64,000 nt of DNA. It comes from Bacteroidales bacterium. Lineage in GTDB: Bacteria; Bacteroidota; Bacteroidia; Bacteroidales; UBA4181. The stretch is from positions 3,887-67,886 of the forward strand of contig JAVBNI010000007.1 in NCBI GenBank assembly GCA_031551645.1, read 5' to 3'. The notes beneath the pieces are model-generated. The model worked only from the letters and a program-made list of their open reading frames with translations, was not told where the DNA came from and searched no databases. Positions 18,036-28,200 of this stretch are shown here, one piece after another. Every line of letters begins with the position of its first letter. The stretch's first letter is position 1. A program made the translations under genes and the position numbers.

Positions 18036-18776
18036 ATGAAAACATTTTTTTTATTCGTAGCAATCAGTTTGAATTGGACTTTAGGAAATGTATGTGGCCA
18101 AAACGACAATTTACAGAATGTACAACAAAAAATCAACCAAGCATTCAACATGTCGTTTGCAGAAGGAAACATTTCGAAATTGACAGATATCGAAGACCAA
18201 TTGAACCAGGAAACCTCCCCATTAGCAACATATTGGCTGGCTTATGCTAAATATTATGAATCCATTTTTTACCTGAAAACAGGTGATAAAGAAAAAAGCG
18301 AAACCTTAATCAATAAGGGAATCAACATTTTATCAAAGCAAAAAAATAAAAATTCGGAAGATTACGCCTTATTGGTCCTCATGCAGAACTTTTCGATGCA
18401 ATTCATTACCAATATGATGAAATTGGGCGTCGTATCCGGGAATATCGGCGAAAATATCGAAAAAGCGATCAAAGCCGATGCAAACAACTTACGGGCTTAT
18501 TATACGGCAGCGGCCAATGATTTTTATACGCCCGAACAGTACGGTGGCGGAACAAAAGCAGAAGGCTACCTGCTAAAAGCCATTGCACTTAACGAACAGC
18601 CGGTTGATAATGCTTCGCTACCCACGTGGGGAAAAGACCAGGCATATCAGATGTTAGTGGCTTTGTATCTGAAAAAAGGAAACATGGGACTGGCAAAAAA
18701 ATATCTGAAAGAAGGCACACATTTATACCCAGATAGTTATGGTCTGAAAGAGATGGCAAAGAAAATAAGCGAATAA
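18036..18776 (+). CDS. Secreted helical-repeat (TPR-like) protein, function unknown
   Basis: Signal peptide MKTFFLFVAISLNWTLGNVCGQ. 246 aa. Helical repeat character (YWLAYAKYYESIFYL.., AYQMLVALYLKKGNMGLAKKYL). Confidence 0.6.
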   Translation: MKTFFLFVAISLNWTLGNVCGQNDNLQNVQQKINQAFNMSFAEGNISKLTDIEDQLNQETSPLATYWLAYAKYYESIFYLKTGDKEKSETLINKGINILSKQKNKNSEDYALLVLMQNFSMQFITNMMKLGVVSGNIGENIEKAIKADANNLRAYYTAAANDFYTPEQYGGGTKAEGYLLKAIALNEQPVDNASLPTWGKDQAYQMLVALYLKKGNMGLAKKYLKEGTHLYPDSYGLKEMAKKISE

Positions 18777-18892
18777 ATAACTATTCTATTCGACCCTGTC
18801 AGGTAGGGTCATTAATTAAAACATTGACTCAGCAGATGTTTTCCATCCTGTAAGCCTATATCTCAAATATAAAACATTCTATTTGAAATCTA

Positions 18893-21034
18893 ATGAGAAT
18901 TTTCTTATTCATTATCAGCATCCTGTCTTGTATCCCCGCCTACTCCCAAATATTAAAAGGTAGGATTACCGATACCAAGAACGAACCTCTTCCATTTGCT
19001 AATATCTGGATCGCAGGCACCACCAATGGAGTAATGAGTAATGATGACGGACATTTCGAATTACCCGTAAAGTCCGGAAACCGGAACGATACGCTGGTAT
19101 TTGCTTTCGTGGGGTACGAAACGCAGAAAGCAGCCATCAATACATTGGACACAGATAAGGAATTACACATCCGGCTGAAAGAAAAGACCATGAGCTTGCA
19201 GGAAGTGATTGTAGTGGCACACCGGCCAATCAGTGAGGAATTTACAGTACAAAAGCTGAACCAGTTGGATATTTACCAAAACCCGACTGCAAATGCCGAT
19301 CCGTTGAAAGCCATCGTCATGTTACCTGCTTCGACCACAACCGACGAATCGGCCAATCCTTCGCTCCGGGGTAGCGCCGCCGATCGTACACGTGTAATCG
19401 TTAACGGTGTACCCGTGTATAATCCCGCCAAATTCAGTAGCTTGGACAATATCGGCAGCTTCAGCATATTCAACACCCATATCGTACGTAACGAATATGT
19501 GTATGCCAGTAATCCGCCGTTATCATACGGCAATTCCACTGCTGGTATTATAGAGATAGAAACGGCAACGAAGCTGAACCAAAATACAAATGAAGTATCG
19601 GCCTCGCTGGGCAGTGCCGGCTTCATGTTCTCACGAAAACTGAAATCACCCGACAATTTTGTACAATTTTATGGCAATTGCCAGTATGGCGGGCTTTTGG
19701 TTGCATTAAACTCTGGTCGTATACCACGACTAAATAACTATACGGTAGCCGACCTTGGATTAAACCTGCATCTGAAATTGGGAGAATATGCGGCCGCAAA
19801 CCTTTACAGCTACGGTATCGATGAACGGAGCGATTATCATCTGCATTTGTATACTTACGAAGACGACGTGAAGAAAACAAAGCAACGGGTATTCAATGTA
19901 TTATCGTTTCGTTGGCAGAAAGGGCGGCATCTTATTGCCATGAATCATGGCAACGATTTCTCCAAAGAGTCGACGCCCTTTGGTAATATGAATTTCAGGC
20001 CACGGAGCGCTCAATTTTACACATCGGCAAGCTACAAGCATATATGGGACAAGTTTAATATACAAGCAGGCGCTTCTCACGAAATAGCCCGCTATAATAC
20101 CAATAACAGCATCCTGCCACGCCATTTCTATGCATTTTCGCCTGCGTCGCCGTCAATTGTTTGCGATTCGCTGGTAAAAAAAGAATCTTTGGAGACTTAT
20201 GCTTATGCGAAGTGGGATATTTCGAAACGATTGATCGTAAGCGGAGGCGTACGGGTAAATATACCTGTAACAGGCGAGGCATCATACCTGAGCAGGCAAT
20301 TTTCTGTGAAATATTATTGTTCGGCACGCGGATCGCTATTATTGGCAGCCGGAAAATACAACGGGCGAAGCGTCCCAAATTACTATAATCTTGAATATGC
20401 GCCGCAAACAGCTACACATTATTCCTTAGATTACACCTGGCAATCAGAGCAAACCGCTGTGCAGGCCGCAGTCTATTACAAGACGGAAACAGGCGATTAT
20501 ACCACCAATTATGTCGACCAGAGCGACCGGCGTGAAATCTTCGGTACTGAAATATATGCAGAGCAAACCGTCAAACGTTGGTTCAAATTTTCAGGTTCGT
20601 ACACGTATTTACATTCCACACAACATACCGGCGACCGGCAATTTAAATCGTACAACAACATGCCCTACATTTTCAAGGCCACAGTGAGTTACCAGAGAAT
20701 GAGCATCGGAACATTTGCTTTTTCATACACTTCGCGTCCCGGACTTTGGATCACACCCATAACCGGCGGCGTATTCCACCCTGAAGCCGGATGTTTCGCA
20801 CCCGTATTCGGGGATATCAATTCGCAACGCATGGGCGCATACAACCGGCTTGACTTTACAGCCAACAAGATATTCATTGCCGGAAAATGTTCCATTATCA
20901 CCTATCTTGCTATCAATAACATTCTTAATATCCATAATGACCGGGATCGGGTTTATTCTTCCGATTACGGAACCCATAGCTATGATTTCTACAACGGACG
21001 ATTGTTTTACTTTGGAGTGATGGTCGGATGGTAA
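18893..21034 (+). CDS. TonB-dependent receptor with N-terminal carboxypeptidase-regulatory-like domain
   Basis: The N-terminus ILKGRITDTKNEPLPFANIW..GYETQ is CarboxypepD_reg-like. The plug motifs are LRGSAADRTRVIVNGVPV. The beta-barrel terminates in an aromatic residue (..FGVMVGW). Confidence 0.85.
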   Translation: MRIFLFIISILSCIPAYSQILKGRITDTKNEPLPFANIWIAGTTNGVMSNDDGHFELPVKSGNRNDTLVFAFVGYETQKAAINTLDTDKELHIRLKEKTMSLQEVIVVAHRPISEEFTVQKLNQLDIYQNPTANADPLKAIVMLPASTTTDESANPSLRGSAADRTRVIVNGVPVYNPAKFSSLDNIGSFSIFNTHIVRNEYVYASNPPLSYGNSTAGIIEIETATKLNQNTNEVSASLGSAGFMFSRKLKSPDNFVQFYGNCQYGGLLVALNSGRIPRLNNYTVADLGLNLHLKLGEYAAANLYSYGIDERSDYHLHLYTYEDDVKKTKQRVFNVLSFRWQKGRHLIAMNHGNDFSKESTPFGNMNFRPRSAQFYTSASYKHIWDKFNIQAGASHEIARYNTNNSILPRHFYAFSPASPSIVCDSLVKKESLETYAYAKWDISKRLIVSGGVRVNIPVTGEASYLSRQFSVKYYCSARGSLLLAAGKYNGRSVPNYYNLEYAPQTATHYSLDYTWQSEQTAVQAAVYYKTETGDYTTNYVDQSDRREIFGTEIYAEQTVKRWFKFSGSYTYLHSTQHTGDRQFKSYNNMPYIFKATVSYQRMSIGTFAFSYTSRPGLWITPITGGVFHPEAGCFAPVFGDINSQRMGAYNRLDFTANKIFIAGKCSIITYLAINNILNIHNDRDRVYSSDYGTHSYDFYNGRLFYFGVMVGW

Positions 21035-21108
21035 ATTTGAGTAAAAGAAAACTTTTCCTAATTTTGACATCAATAATCACAACCATTATACAAGTTAATT
21101 ATTTGAAT

Positions 21109-21606
21109 ATGAAGAAGTTTTTTGTAATTTTAATAGCTTTGTGCGTCATAGGGATGGCCACATCGCATGCCCAGGAGATGAAAAAAGGAATGAGCCTGGC
21201 CAACATCGGTTTAGGTTTCGTTCCTGGAGTAGGCTTGAACTTTAGTTATGATTACGGCTTAATCGATACCTGGGGGCCTGGGATCTTTACGATTGGCGGC
21301 TTTATAGGTTTTGCCAATTGGGGAAAAACCTATTCCGGGTTCGGCGATTACCGCGTCAACCAATTTGCTTTTGCACCCCGGGCTACATATCGTTATGCCA
21401 TCAACAAATCATTTGAAGTATATGCCACTGCCATGTTGGGAGCCTATTTTGAATCATATTCCAAATATGATTTTGACAATGGCAGCGGAGTCTTTTTCGG
21501 TACAACTGCAGGTTGTCGTTACACTTTTTCAAACAACTTGTCAGTTTTTGGCGAAATCGGATATAATATCTCATACCTCAACGGAGGTTTGAGTATATCT
21601 TTCTAA
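21109..21606 (+). CDS. Small outer-membrane beta-barrel protein (OmpW/porin-family-like)
   Basis: Signal peptide MKKFFVILIALCVIGMATSHAQ, alternating beta-strand pattern, and a terminal ..GLSISF. The start is taken at ATG 21109. Confidence 0.7.
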   Translation: MKKFFVILIALCVIGMATSHAQEMKKGMSLANIGLGFVPGVGLNFSYDYGLIDTWGPGIFTIGGFIGFANWGKTYSGFGDYRVNQFAFAPRATYRYAINKSFEVYATAMLGAYFESYSKYDFDNGSGVFFGTTAGCRYTFSNNLSVFGEIGYNISYLNGGLSISF

Positions 21607-21609
21607 AAA

Positions 21610-21639
21610 GTTACGGGTTGCTATTTCACAACCCGTAAC
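21610..21639 (+). terminator. Hairpin GTTACGGGTTG-ctatttca-CAACCCGTAAC after the OM barrel gene
   Basis: 11-bp perfect stem 4 nt after the stop codon. The U-tract is weak (gtattct). Confidence 0.5.
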
Positions 21640-21677
21640 GTATTCTAAAACTTCCGCTCTATGTTAAGAAAGGGAGA

Positions 21678-24344
21678 ATGCGCAGATATCTGAAAATAAT
21701 CACCATAGTTTTTTTACTTGTGATTGCCCTATTGGCTGCAGGTAGTGGGATAATTGTGCATTTCTTTCAGGACGAAGTGATCCGGTTCGTAATAGACGGA
21801 ATAAACAAACAGGTTACTTCCCGGATCCAGGTACAATCGGCACATTTTTCGGTATTCCGCAAATTTCCGAATGCTTCGGTTGAGTTTCGTCATGTGGAAA
21901 TGAGTCCTGCCCAGAATTTCGACGTTCTGAGTTTCGATGCGGTATACAGCCGGAATTTATTGGTGGCGGAACGCGTCTTCGCGGAATTGAATCTTTTCAG
22001 GTTATTGAAAAAAGATTTCCGTATCACCAAAATCGAAATACAGAATGGCAACATTAACATGCTGACAGACAAAAACAATCAGCATAATTTTATTTTTTGG
22101 AAAACGTCGGAAAATGTCAACCCAACCGATACCACCATCATTGAGTTACAAAATGTGACGCTGCGTAATGTAAATGTCTACTACAGCCACAAGCGAAGCA
22201 ATACTGTGATTTCCCTTCATGCCGAAAAATCCAGGATCAACGGGCGATTCACTTCGCGCCAGTACTCGCTTGGGACGGATTGGAGCGGGATGGTACAATA
22301 TTTTTCGGTCGACGGTAACACATTCATCAAAAACAAACCGATGGAATTATCGGGAAAATTAGATGTAGACAACAACACATTTTCCATTCTCGAAAGTACG
22401 CTTTCCCTGGCACAAGTGGATATGGACGTGTCGGGTGGCTTCTCGACGGGTGACGTCGTCGATCTTGACCTGCATGTCACAGGCAAGCGCCTGGATTATC
22501 CCTCTTTGGTATCCGTTATACCTGAGCAATATGCCGGACAATTACACAATTATCCCGGCAAGGGCGTTTTTAATTTTTCAGTCGATGTAACCGGCATTGC
22601 GGGAACCGGTAAAAACCCGCACGTCGAAGCTAAGTTCAGCATGGCGAATGGACTGGTCACGCATAGCCAGACAAAAGTCAAGTTGTCGGACTTGTCATTC
22701 TCGGGTTCATTCACAAACGGGACAAAAAACCAGGGAACAACGACTGCTGTGCATGTCCAGAACTTTGGATTCAAGATAAGTAACGGTTCTATCAAAGGAA
22801 GTTTGTTGCTACAGGACTTCCGCAAGCCATCTATCACACTCAAAATCAACGGAAACACAGATCTGGAACAACTATATCGTTTCGTGCCACTCAAACAAAT
22901 TTCCCACATCAGCGGACAGGCAAATGGCAACCTGACCGCGTCTGTCCGTCTGAAAAAACCTTATCTGAGCAAAGCTGACGATATTACCCAATTAACGGTG
23001 GAAGGTCCGTTAACCCTCGACGATGTTTCGATACGGTTGAATAATCAGCCATACCGGTTTAGCCGGATAAACGGCGCACTACAATTTGACAAATATGTTA
23101 ACCTGAAAGGATTGTCATTTGTATTGAATGACAATGACTTTTTGGCAAACGGACACATTGAAAAGTTGTTCCCTTACCTGCTGGGACAGAGCCAAACCAT
23201 GCACATCGAAGCAAATGTTGCTTCACGGAATTTATGCGTCGATTCTCTTTTGTATTCCGGGAAACCATCGCCTTCCGCTACAACAACTGCAAACAATAGT
23301 GAAGGGCCGCTCTTGCTTCCCGAAAATATTACGTTTAATACCAACCTGACAGTGGAAAATTTCCGTTACCGTAATGTTTCAGCCAACCGCCTGAAAGCCG
23401 ACTTGGCTTACAAGCCAAGGATGATGGCAGTGCATTCGGTGACATTTGCTACCATGTCAGGTAATGTTACCGGTAGCGGTACAGTAGCGAATGATGCGGC
23501 TGACAATATCCGCTTACTTGGTGAGACAACCCTTAGTCATATCGATATCCGGCAAATGTTCCAGACATTCAATAATTTTTCACAGAATGTGGTCCGCGCC
23601 GAACATCTGAAAGGCGCTTTATCGGGCGACATCAGCTTTGCTATTGGCTGGGACAACAGGATGCGCTTGCGTAACAGCGATATCGAAGTGGAAAGTTCCC
23701 TGGAACTAACAGGTGGAGAACTTACCGGATTTGAGCCGATGACGAATCTTTCGCGGTTTGTAGCGTTGGAGGAATTACAAAATGTCCGTTTTTCGACACT
23801 CCACACCCGGGTGTTTATCAAGGATGGGGAAATCACCCTGCCGGAGACAAACATCGAAACGTCTGCATTCAGTATTTCGGGATCGGGTGTACATTATTTC
23901 AACAACAGCTATACATACCGCGTGAAAGTATTGCTCAGCGAACTATTGGCAGCTAAAGCCCGCAAGAACAAACGGGAAAACCACGAAAACGAATACACGG
24001 AGGATGGCGGCAAACGTACTGCTATATATCTGAAAGTGATAGGAACTGGCGAAGATTTCAAAATCAGCTATGACAAACAATCCGCCAAAGAATCGGTAGC
24101 CGCCGATATCAAACAGGAAAAACAAAACCTGAAAAGCATTCTGAAAGATGAATTCGGCTGGTTTAAAAAGGATTCAACATTGGTGCAACCAGCTACTCCC
24201 AACAATACGGGAAAACTCCGTTTTAGCTTTGATGAAGATAATCCACAAACACAACAGGAAACCACTGTAGAAAAGTCCACCAAGAAAAACCGGCAGAAAA
24301 AACCGGTAGAAAAAGATGAGACAATAAAAGTAGACTGGGAATAA
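21678..24344 (+). CDS. AsmA-family outer-membrane biogenesis protein
   Basis: 888 aa. It has a single N-terminal TM anchor, a long beta-rich body and a basic, charged C-terminal tail, the usual AsmA/TamB-like organisation. Confidence 0.75.
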   Translation: MRRYLKIITIVFLLVIALLAAGSGIIVHFFQDEVIRFVIDGINKQVTSRIQVQSAHFSVFRKFPNASVEFRHVEMSPAQNFDVLSFDAVYSRNLLVAERVFAELNLFRLLKKDFRITKIEIQNGNINMLTDKNNQHNFIFWKTSENVNPTDTTIIELQNVTLRNVNVYYSHKRSNTVISLHAEKSRINGRFTSRQYSLGTDWSGMVQYFSVDGNTFIKNKPMELSGKLDVDNNTFSILESTLSLAQVDMDVSGGFSTGDVVDLDLHVTGKRLDYPSLVSVIPEQYAGQLHNYPGKGVFNFSVDVTGIAGTGKNPHVEAKFSMANGLVTHSQTKVKLSDLSFSGSFTNGTKNQGTTTAVHVQNFGFKISNGSIKGSLLLQDFRKPSITLKINGNTDLEQLYRFVPLKQISHISGQANGNLTASVRLKKPYLSKADDITQLTVEGPLTLDDVSIRLNNQPYRFSRINGALQFDKYVNLKGLSFVLNDNDFLANGHIEKLFPYLLGQSQTMHIEANVASRNLCVDSLLYSGKPSPSATTTANNSEGPLLLPENITFNTNLTVENFRYRNVSANRLKADLAYKPRMMAVHSVTFATMSGNVTGSGTVANDAADNIRLLGETTLSHIDIRQMFQTFNNFSQNVVRAEHLKGALSGDISFAIGWDNRMRLRNSDIEVESSLELTGGELTGFEPMTNLSRFVALEELQNVRFSTLHTRVFIKDGEITLPETNIETSAFSISGSGVHYFNNSYTYRVKVLLSELLAAKARKNKRENHENEYTEDGGKRTAIYLKVIGTGEDFKISYDKQSAKESVAADIKQEKQNLKSILKDEFGWFKKDSTLVQPATPNNTGKLRFSFDEDNPQTQQETTVEKSTKKNRQKKPVEKDETIKVDWE

Positions 24345-24579
24345 AACCTATTGCTGGCTTACTTTTTAGCCTATATTATTCATACCTAATGATAATAGCC
24401 ACAAATTATTTATTTTTAATATCTTAAACCTATCAAGTCTCAAAGACCTAATAGGTTACTGACTTATTGGCTTTACCTCCGGCAAGCCCGTCTGAACGAC
24501 ATAGTCAGGCAGGATCGCTCACGCTAAGTTCTTAATTTTTAATTCTTAATTTAACACTAATATCATAATTTTAAACAAC

Positions 24580-25464
24580 ATGAGCAATCTTATTATTCCT
24601 TGTTTGTGGTTTGATAACCAAGCCGAAGATGCAGCAAAATTTTACACTTCTGTTTTCAAAGCAGGAAAAATTGAAACCATTGTCCGTTACCCTGAAAACG
24701 GGATGATGCCTGCCAATAGCGTCATGACCGTAAAATTCAGGATTGCAGGACAAGATATCGTTGCGTTGAATGGCGGCCCGTATTACAAATTCACACCCGC
24801 TACATCCTTTTTCGTGGGATGCGAAACAGTAGCGGAATTTGACGAGCTTTGGGATCAGCTTTCCGAGAACGGCAGCGTATTGATGGAACCGGAATCGATG
24901 CCGCCATTTTTCGAAAAATTCGGTTGGCTGCAAGACAGGTATGGCTTGTCGTGGCAATTGGGTATATGCGGGATCCCGCAATACATCACCCCTTACCTGT
25001 TGTTTGTCGGCGATCAGTGTGGGCGGGCTGAAGAAGCGATTAATTTCTACCGGTCAATATTCGAAATATCGAGCCTTGAATCGATCATGTATTACGGTAA
25101 AAATCAAAGCGAAACCGAAGGAATAGTTCAACATGCATCTTTTTCGCTGAACGGGCAGCATTTCATGGCTTCGGAAAGCGGTTGGAATCATGCTTTCACT
25201 TTTACCGAAGCTTTTTCGTTCTACGTGTATTGCAGCACGCAGGCAGAAATTGACCGGTATTGGGAAGCGCTTTTGACCGGTGGCGAAAAAAGTCAATGTG
25301 GATGGCTGAAAGACAAGTTTGGCGTATCGTGGCAAATTGTTCCCGACAGCCTCGAAAAGATGATGTCGGATAAAGACCCGGAAAAAGCAAAACGAGTGAC
25401 GGAAGCCATGATGCAAATGACAAAACTGGATATAGATACATTACAAAAGGCATTCGAAAAATAA
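24580..25464 (+). CDS. VOC-superfamily protein, tandem PhnB/3-demethylubiquinone-9 3-methyltransferase-like domains
   Basis: IIPCLWFDNQAEDAAKFYTSVF.. and DRYGLSWQL repeat in the second half (ITPYLLFVGDQCGRAEEAINFY.. DKFGVSWQI). Confidence 0.8.
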   Translation: MSNLIIPCLWFDNQAEDAAKFYTSVFKAGKIETIVRYPENGMMPANSVMTVKFRIAGQDIVALNGGPYYKFTPATSFFVGCETVAEFDELWDQLSENGSVLMEPESMPPFFEKFGWLQDRYGLSWQLGICGIPQYITPYLLFVGDQCGRAEEAINFYRSIFEISSLESIMYYGKNQSETEGIVQHASFSLNGQHFMASESGWNHAFTFTEAFSFYVYCSTQAEIDRYWEALLTGGEKSQCGWLKDKFGVSWQIVPDSLEKMMSDKDPEKAKRVTEAMMQMTKLDIDTLQKAFEK

Positions 25465-25470
25465 AATATT

Positions 25471-25509
25471 TCATCACACCTTTAGTATGACACCAAAAGT
25501 GTGATGAAA
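25471..25509. repeat. 39-bp imperfect palindrome, copy 1 (tcatcacacctttagtatgacaccaaaagtgtgatgaaa)
   Basis: 13-bp stem with one mismatch. It lies 6 nt after the VOC stop and is followed by a T-rich tract. It is near-identical to 26715-26753. Confidence 0.8.
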
Positions 25510-25557
25510 TTTGATTATTTTTTGTATCTTTGCAGAAATCATCTTAATTCAAGGATT

Positions 25558-26694
25558 ATGAATAAGCCATCAAATCCATTTATTACAGTTGGATATGTCT
25601 CTAAAGATTATTTTTGCGACAGGGAACACGAATTAAAACATCTGCTGAGAAATGTAGAAAACGACATTAATACAACGATTATTTCGGCAAGAAGATTTGG
25701 AAAATCGGCGCTTATATATCGTTTTTTTGAAGAATTAGAGCAAAAAAAAGACCATATCTGCATTTTTACAGACATGTATGCCAGTCAAAGCCTGAAAGAT
25801 TTTACAGAAACTTTAGCTTTGGCTGTTTTCAAAAAGTTTCCGGAAAAGAAAGGTTTCGGGAAACGTTTCTTTGATTTCCTGAAAGGCTTTCGCCCCATGA
25901 TTACATACGATGTACTCACGGGACAACCCGAAGTCCATTTTGAATTTGTCAGACCTAAAGATTGTGAGCAAACTTTAAAAGGCATTCTCAGCCTGCTGGA
26001 CGAGCAGCAAACCAACATAGTGCTTGCCATTGATGAATTTCAACAGGTAGCCAATTATCCGGAAGAAAATGCAGAAGCGCTTTTAAGGACAATCATACAA
26101 ACACTGAAAAATACGCGATTTGTTTTTAGCGGCAGCAACAGGCATTTGATGACGGAAATTTTCAACACAGCCAAAAGACCTTTCTTCTCGAGCACCCAAA
26201 TGATCGGTTTGACTGCTATTCATCACAAAAAATATAAAGATTTTATTCATAATAAGTTTGAAGAAAGAAAGAGGGAAATTGACGATGATGCTGTCGATTT
26301 CATTCTTTCGTGGACGCTATTGCATACTTATTATACCCAAATCATCTGTAAAAATGTATTTGCGCGGAAGGAAAAAAGGATAACCGTAGATATTGTAAAG
26401 CAAGTTTGCGAAGAACAATTGAACCTGCAACACATCACATACATCCAATACCGGAATTTGTTAAGTCCCGTGCAATGGCAACTATTGATCGCCATTGCAA
26501 AGGAAGGAAAGTTATATACTCCCCAAGCTAAGGATTTCCTGCTCAAATATAAGATCGGAGCGGCGTCTTCAGCCAAAAAGGCGCTCAATGCCTTATTGGA
26601 GAAAGAAATGATTTATGCCGCAAACGAAGAGAATACTATTTTTTATCGTGTCTATGATGTGTTTTTATTAAGATGGCTTGATCGCACCTTTTAG
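25558..26694 (+). CDS. AAA/P-loop ATPase of the 'archaeal ATPase' (PF01637-like) type with a C-terminal winged-helix-like region
   Basis: NPFITVGYVSKDYFCDREHELKHL.., a Walker A-like ARRFGKSAL and a Walker B-like LAIDEFQ. 379 aa from ATG 25558. Confidence 0.75.
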   Translation: MNKPSNPFITVGYVSKDYFCDREHELKHLLRNVENDINTTIISARRFGKSALIYRFFEELEQKKDHICIFTDMYASQSLKDFTETLALAVFKKFPEKKGFGKRFFDFLKGFRPMITYDVLTGQPEVHFEFVRPKDCEQTLKGILSLLDEQQTNIVLAIDEFQQVANYPEENAEALLRTIIQTLKNTRFVFSGSNRHLMTEIFNTAKRPFFSSTQMIGLTAIHHKKYKDFIHNKFEERKREIDDDAVDFILSWTLLHTYYTQIICKNVFARKEKRITVDIVKQVCEEQLNLQHITYIQYRNLLSPVQWQLLIAIAKEGKLYTPQAKDFLLKYKIGAASSAKKALNALLEKEMIYAANEENTIFYRVYDVFLLRWLDRTF

Positions 26695-26714
26695 GATATC
26701 ATTTTTATAAAAAC

Positions 26715-26753
26715 TCATCACACCTTTAGTGTCACATCAAAGGTGTGATGAAA
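26715..26753. repeat. 39-bp palindrome, copy 2 (tcatcacacctttagtgtcacatcaaaggtgtgatgaaa)
   Basis: 13-bp perfect stem TCATCACACCTTT/AAAGGTGTGATGA. It lies between the convergent ATPase and MFS genes. It has a T-tract on the minus-strand side, so it could terminate the MFS gene. Confidence 0.8.
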
Positions 26754-26777
26754 ATAAAAAAAATACGGTTTGCATTT

Positions 26778-27989
26778 TTACGGCTTCCTATTACCTACCC
26801 TGATGGCCGAAGGAACCATAAAAGATGCAATTCCTATCAGGGTAATGCATATCCCGCAGAAGACAAACGATGTGGTAACACCTAGGAAATCAGCGAAAAA
26901 TCCTATCCCCACCAAACCAATGAGTGATGGGATCAGACTGAGCGTGTAGAACATGGAAAAAACCCTTCCCAATGCCGCAGGATCAATGTTTACCTGGACA
27001 ATTACGGTAAAGGCGGAATTGTAAATCGCCCCTGAAATGCCATTGATGGTGGTGAATATGACAAACAGAACAAAACCGGTGGGCGGTAAAATTCCCGAAA
27101 GGAAGAAAAGTACCCCCAACAACACATACATACTGTTCACCAGGAGCACTTTATTGACCTTATATACACGAAGTCCCATGATGGCGCCGCCTATCAAGGC
27201 TCCGGCTCCCCACACTGCTTCAATAAGACTCACCTGGAACGCATTTCCTCCGAAATGTTGCAAAGTGATCAATGGGAAAAGCACGCTGACGGGCATGATG
27301 AAAAAGACAACCAGTATGGAGAATAAAAAGACCCATCCCAGTCCGCGTATCTTCAATACAGCCATGACGCCTTCTTTCATTTCATGCATCATATTTTTAA
27401 CTTTTTCCGTATGCTTTTCGGGATTAGGTATGTGTACAAACAGCAAGGAAATGCAGGCAATGAACGCGCCCACCACATCAAGCAGCAGCACATATTCCAT
27501 TTTCCAGATGGAGATGAACAAAGCACCCAAAGCGGGGCCGGCAATGTTTCCCACCGAATAAATCATTTGATTGATTCCTGCTATACGCGCCAATTGTGTG
27601 TCGGGAGCCAGCAAAGGCACTGACGCTTGCATGGCTGGGGCGTGGAATGCAGAGCCAACAGAACGTAAAGCCAGCAAAATGAAAATATGCCACATTTCGG
27701 CTATTTCCAGCCAAAACAAAACCGAGAGAATGAGGGTGCAAAAAGCGATAAAACTATCGGCAAAGATCATTACCCGTTTACGGTTCCACCGATCGACAAG
27801 TATACCGCTTACCGGACCAATGAGAGCCTGGGGTAATATCCCCGCAATAGCTGCAAAGGCAAGCATTTCTGCAGAACCGGTCTCGATACTGATCCAAAGG
27901 ATGATCGCAAAATTAACAATTGTGCTGCTGAGGATGGACAGGAATTGTCCTGTCCATATAATGGCAAAAACTTTTTTCCAATTTTCCAT
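26778..27989 (-). CDS. MFS exporter of the EntS/Mef (PF05977, MFS_3) type
   Basis: MENWKKVFAIIWTGQFLS..GPVSGILVDRWNRKRVM.. It aligns by eye over most of its length with my memory of Mef(A). 12 TM. Confidence 0.8.
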   Translation of the reverse strand: MENWKKVFAIIWTGQFLSILSSTIVNFAIILWISIETGSAEMLAFAAIAGILPQALIGPVSGILVDRWNRKRVMIFADSFIAFCTLILSVLFWLEIAEMWHIFILLALRSVGSAFHAPAMQASVPLLAPDTQLARIAGINQMIYSVGNIAGPALGALFISIWKMEYVLLLDVVGAFIACISLLFVHIPNPEKHTEKVKNMMHEMKEGVMAVLKIRGLGWVFLFSILVVFFIMPVSVLFPLITLQHFGGNAFQVSLIEAVWGAGALIGGAIMGLRVYKVNKVLLVNSMYVLLGVLFFLSGILPPTGFVLFVIFTTINGISGAIYNSAFTVIVQVNIDPAALGRVFSMFYTLSLIPSLIGLVGIGFFADFLGVTTSFVFCGICITLIGIASFMVPSAIRVGNRKP

Positions 27990-28100
27990 GGTATAAAGAT
28001 AATCAACTATCACACAATGATTTTGTAAATGTGTGACAAGAATATAATGATAAAATTAAAACAATAATCGGGCGCGTGTTAGAAAAGGGATACGCCCAAA

Positions 28101-28134
28101 CAGAAAGAAATAAAAACCTCCCGAGAAGAGGTTT
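28101..28134 (-). terminator. Intrinsic terminator in the 5' leader of the Mef/EntS-type MFS gene
   Basis: The minus strand reads AAACCUCU-ucucg-GGGAGGUUU followed by UUAUUUCUUUCUG. It ends about 110 nt upstream of ATG 27989. Confidence 0.55.
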
Positions 28135-28177
28135 ACCTTACCCTGTAATATATTGTCTTTTTTGCGAAAGAATACAT
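28133..28177 (-). CDS. Candidate 14-codon leader peptide MYSFAKKTIYYRVR
   Basis: The ATG lies about 25 nt downstream of a TAATTTTG -7 box. The stop codon TAA overlaps the 5' arm of the terminator stem. It is too short to assess by coding statistics. Confidence 0.35.
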   Translation of the reverse strand: MYSFAKKTIYYRVR

Positions 28178-28200
28178 GATTTGTTTGTGTATTTATACTG

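Noticed and set aside
25471-26753. Reading the two 39-bp palindromes as integron attC sites flanking a gene cassette
   Set aside because: I see no GTTRRRY/RYYYAAC core sites at the palindrome ends. No integrase or attI is nearby, and only one cassette is present. I kept them as a generic palindromic repeat observation instead.
27037-28006. Plus- and minus-strand alternative ORFs inside the Mef-like MFS gene (27037-27561, 27384-27623, 27478-27741, 27571-27996, 27809-28006)
   Set aside because: They overlap a well-supported transporter ORF and show no independent motifs.
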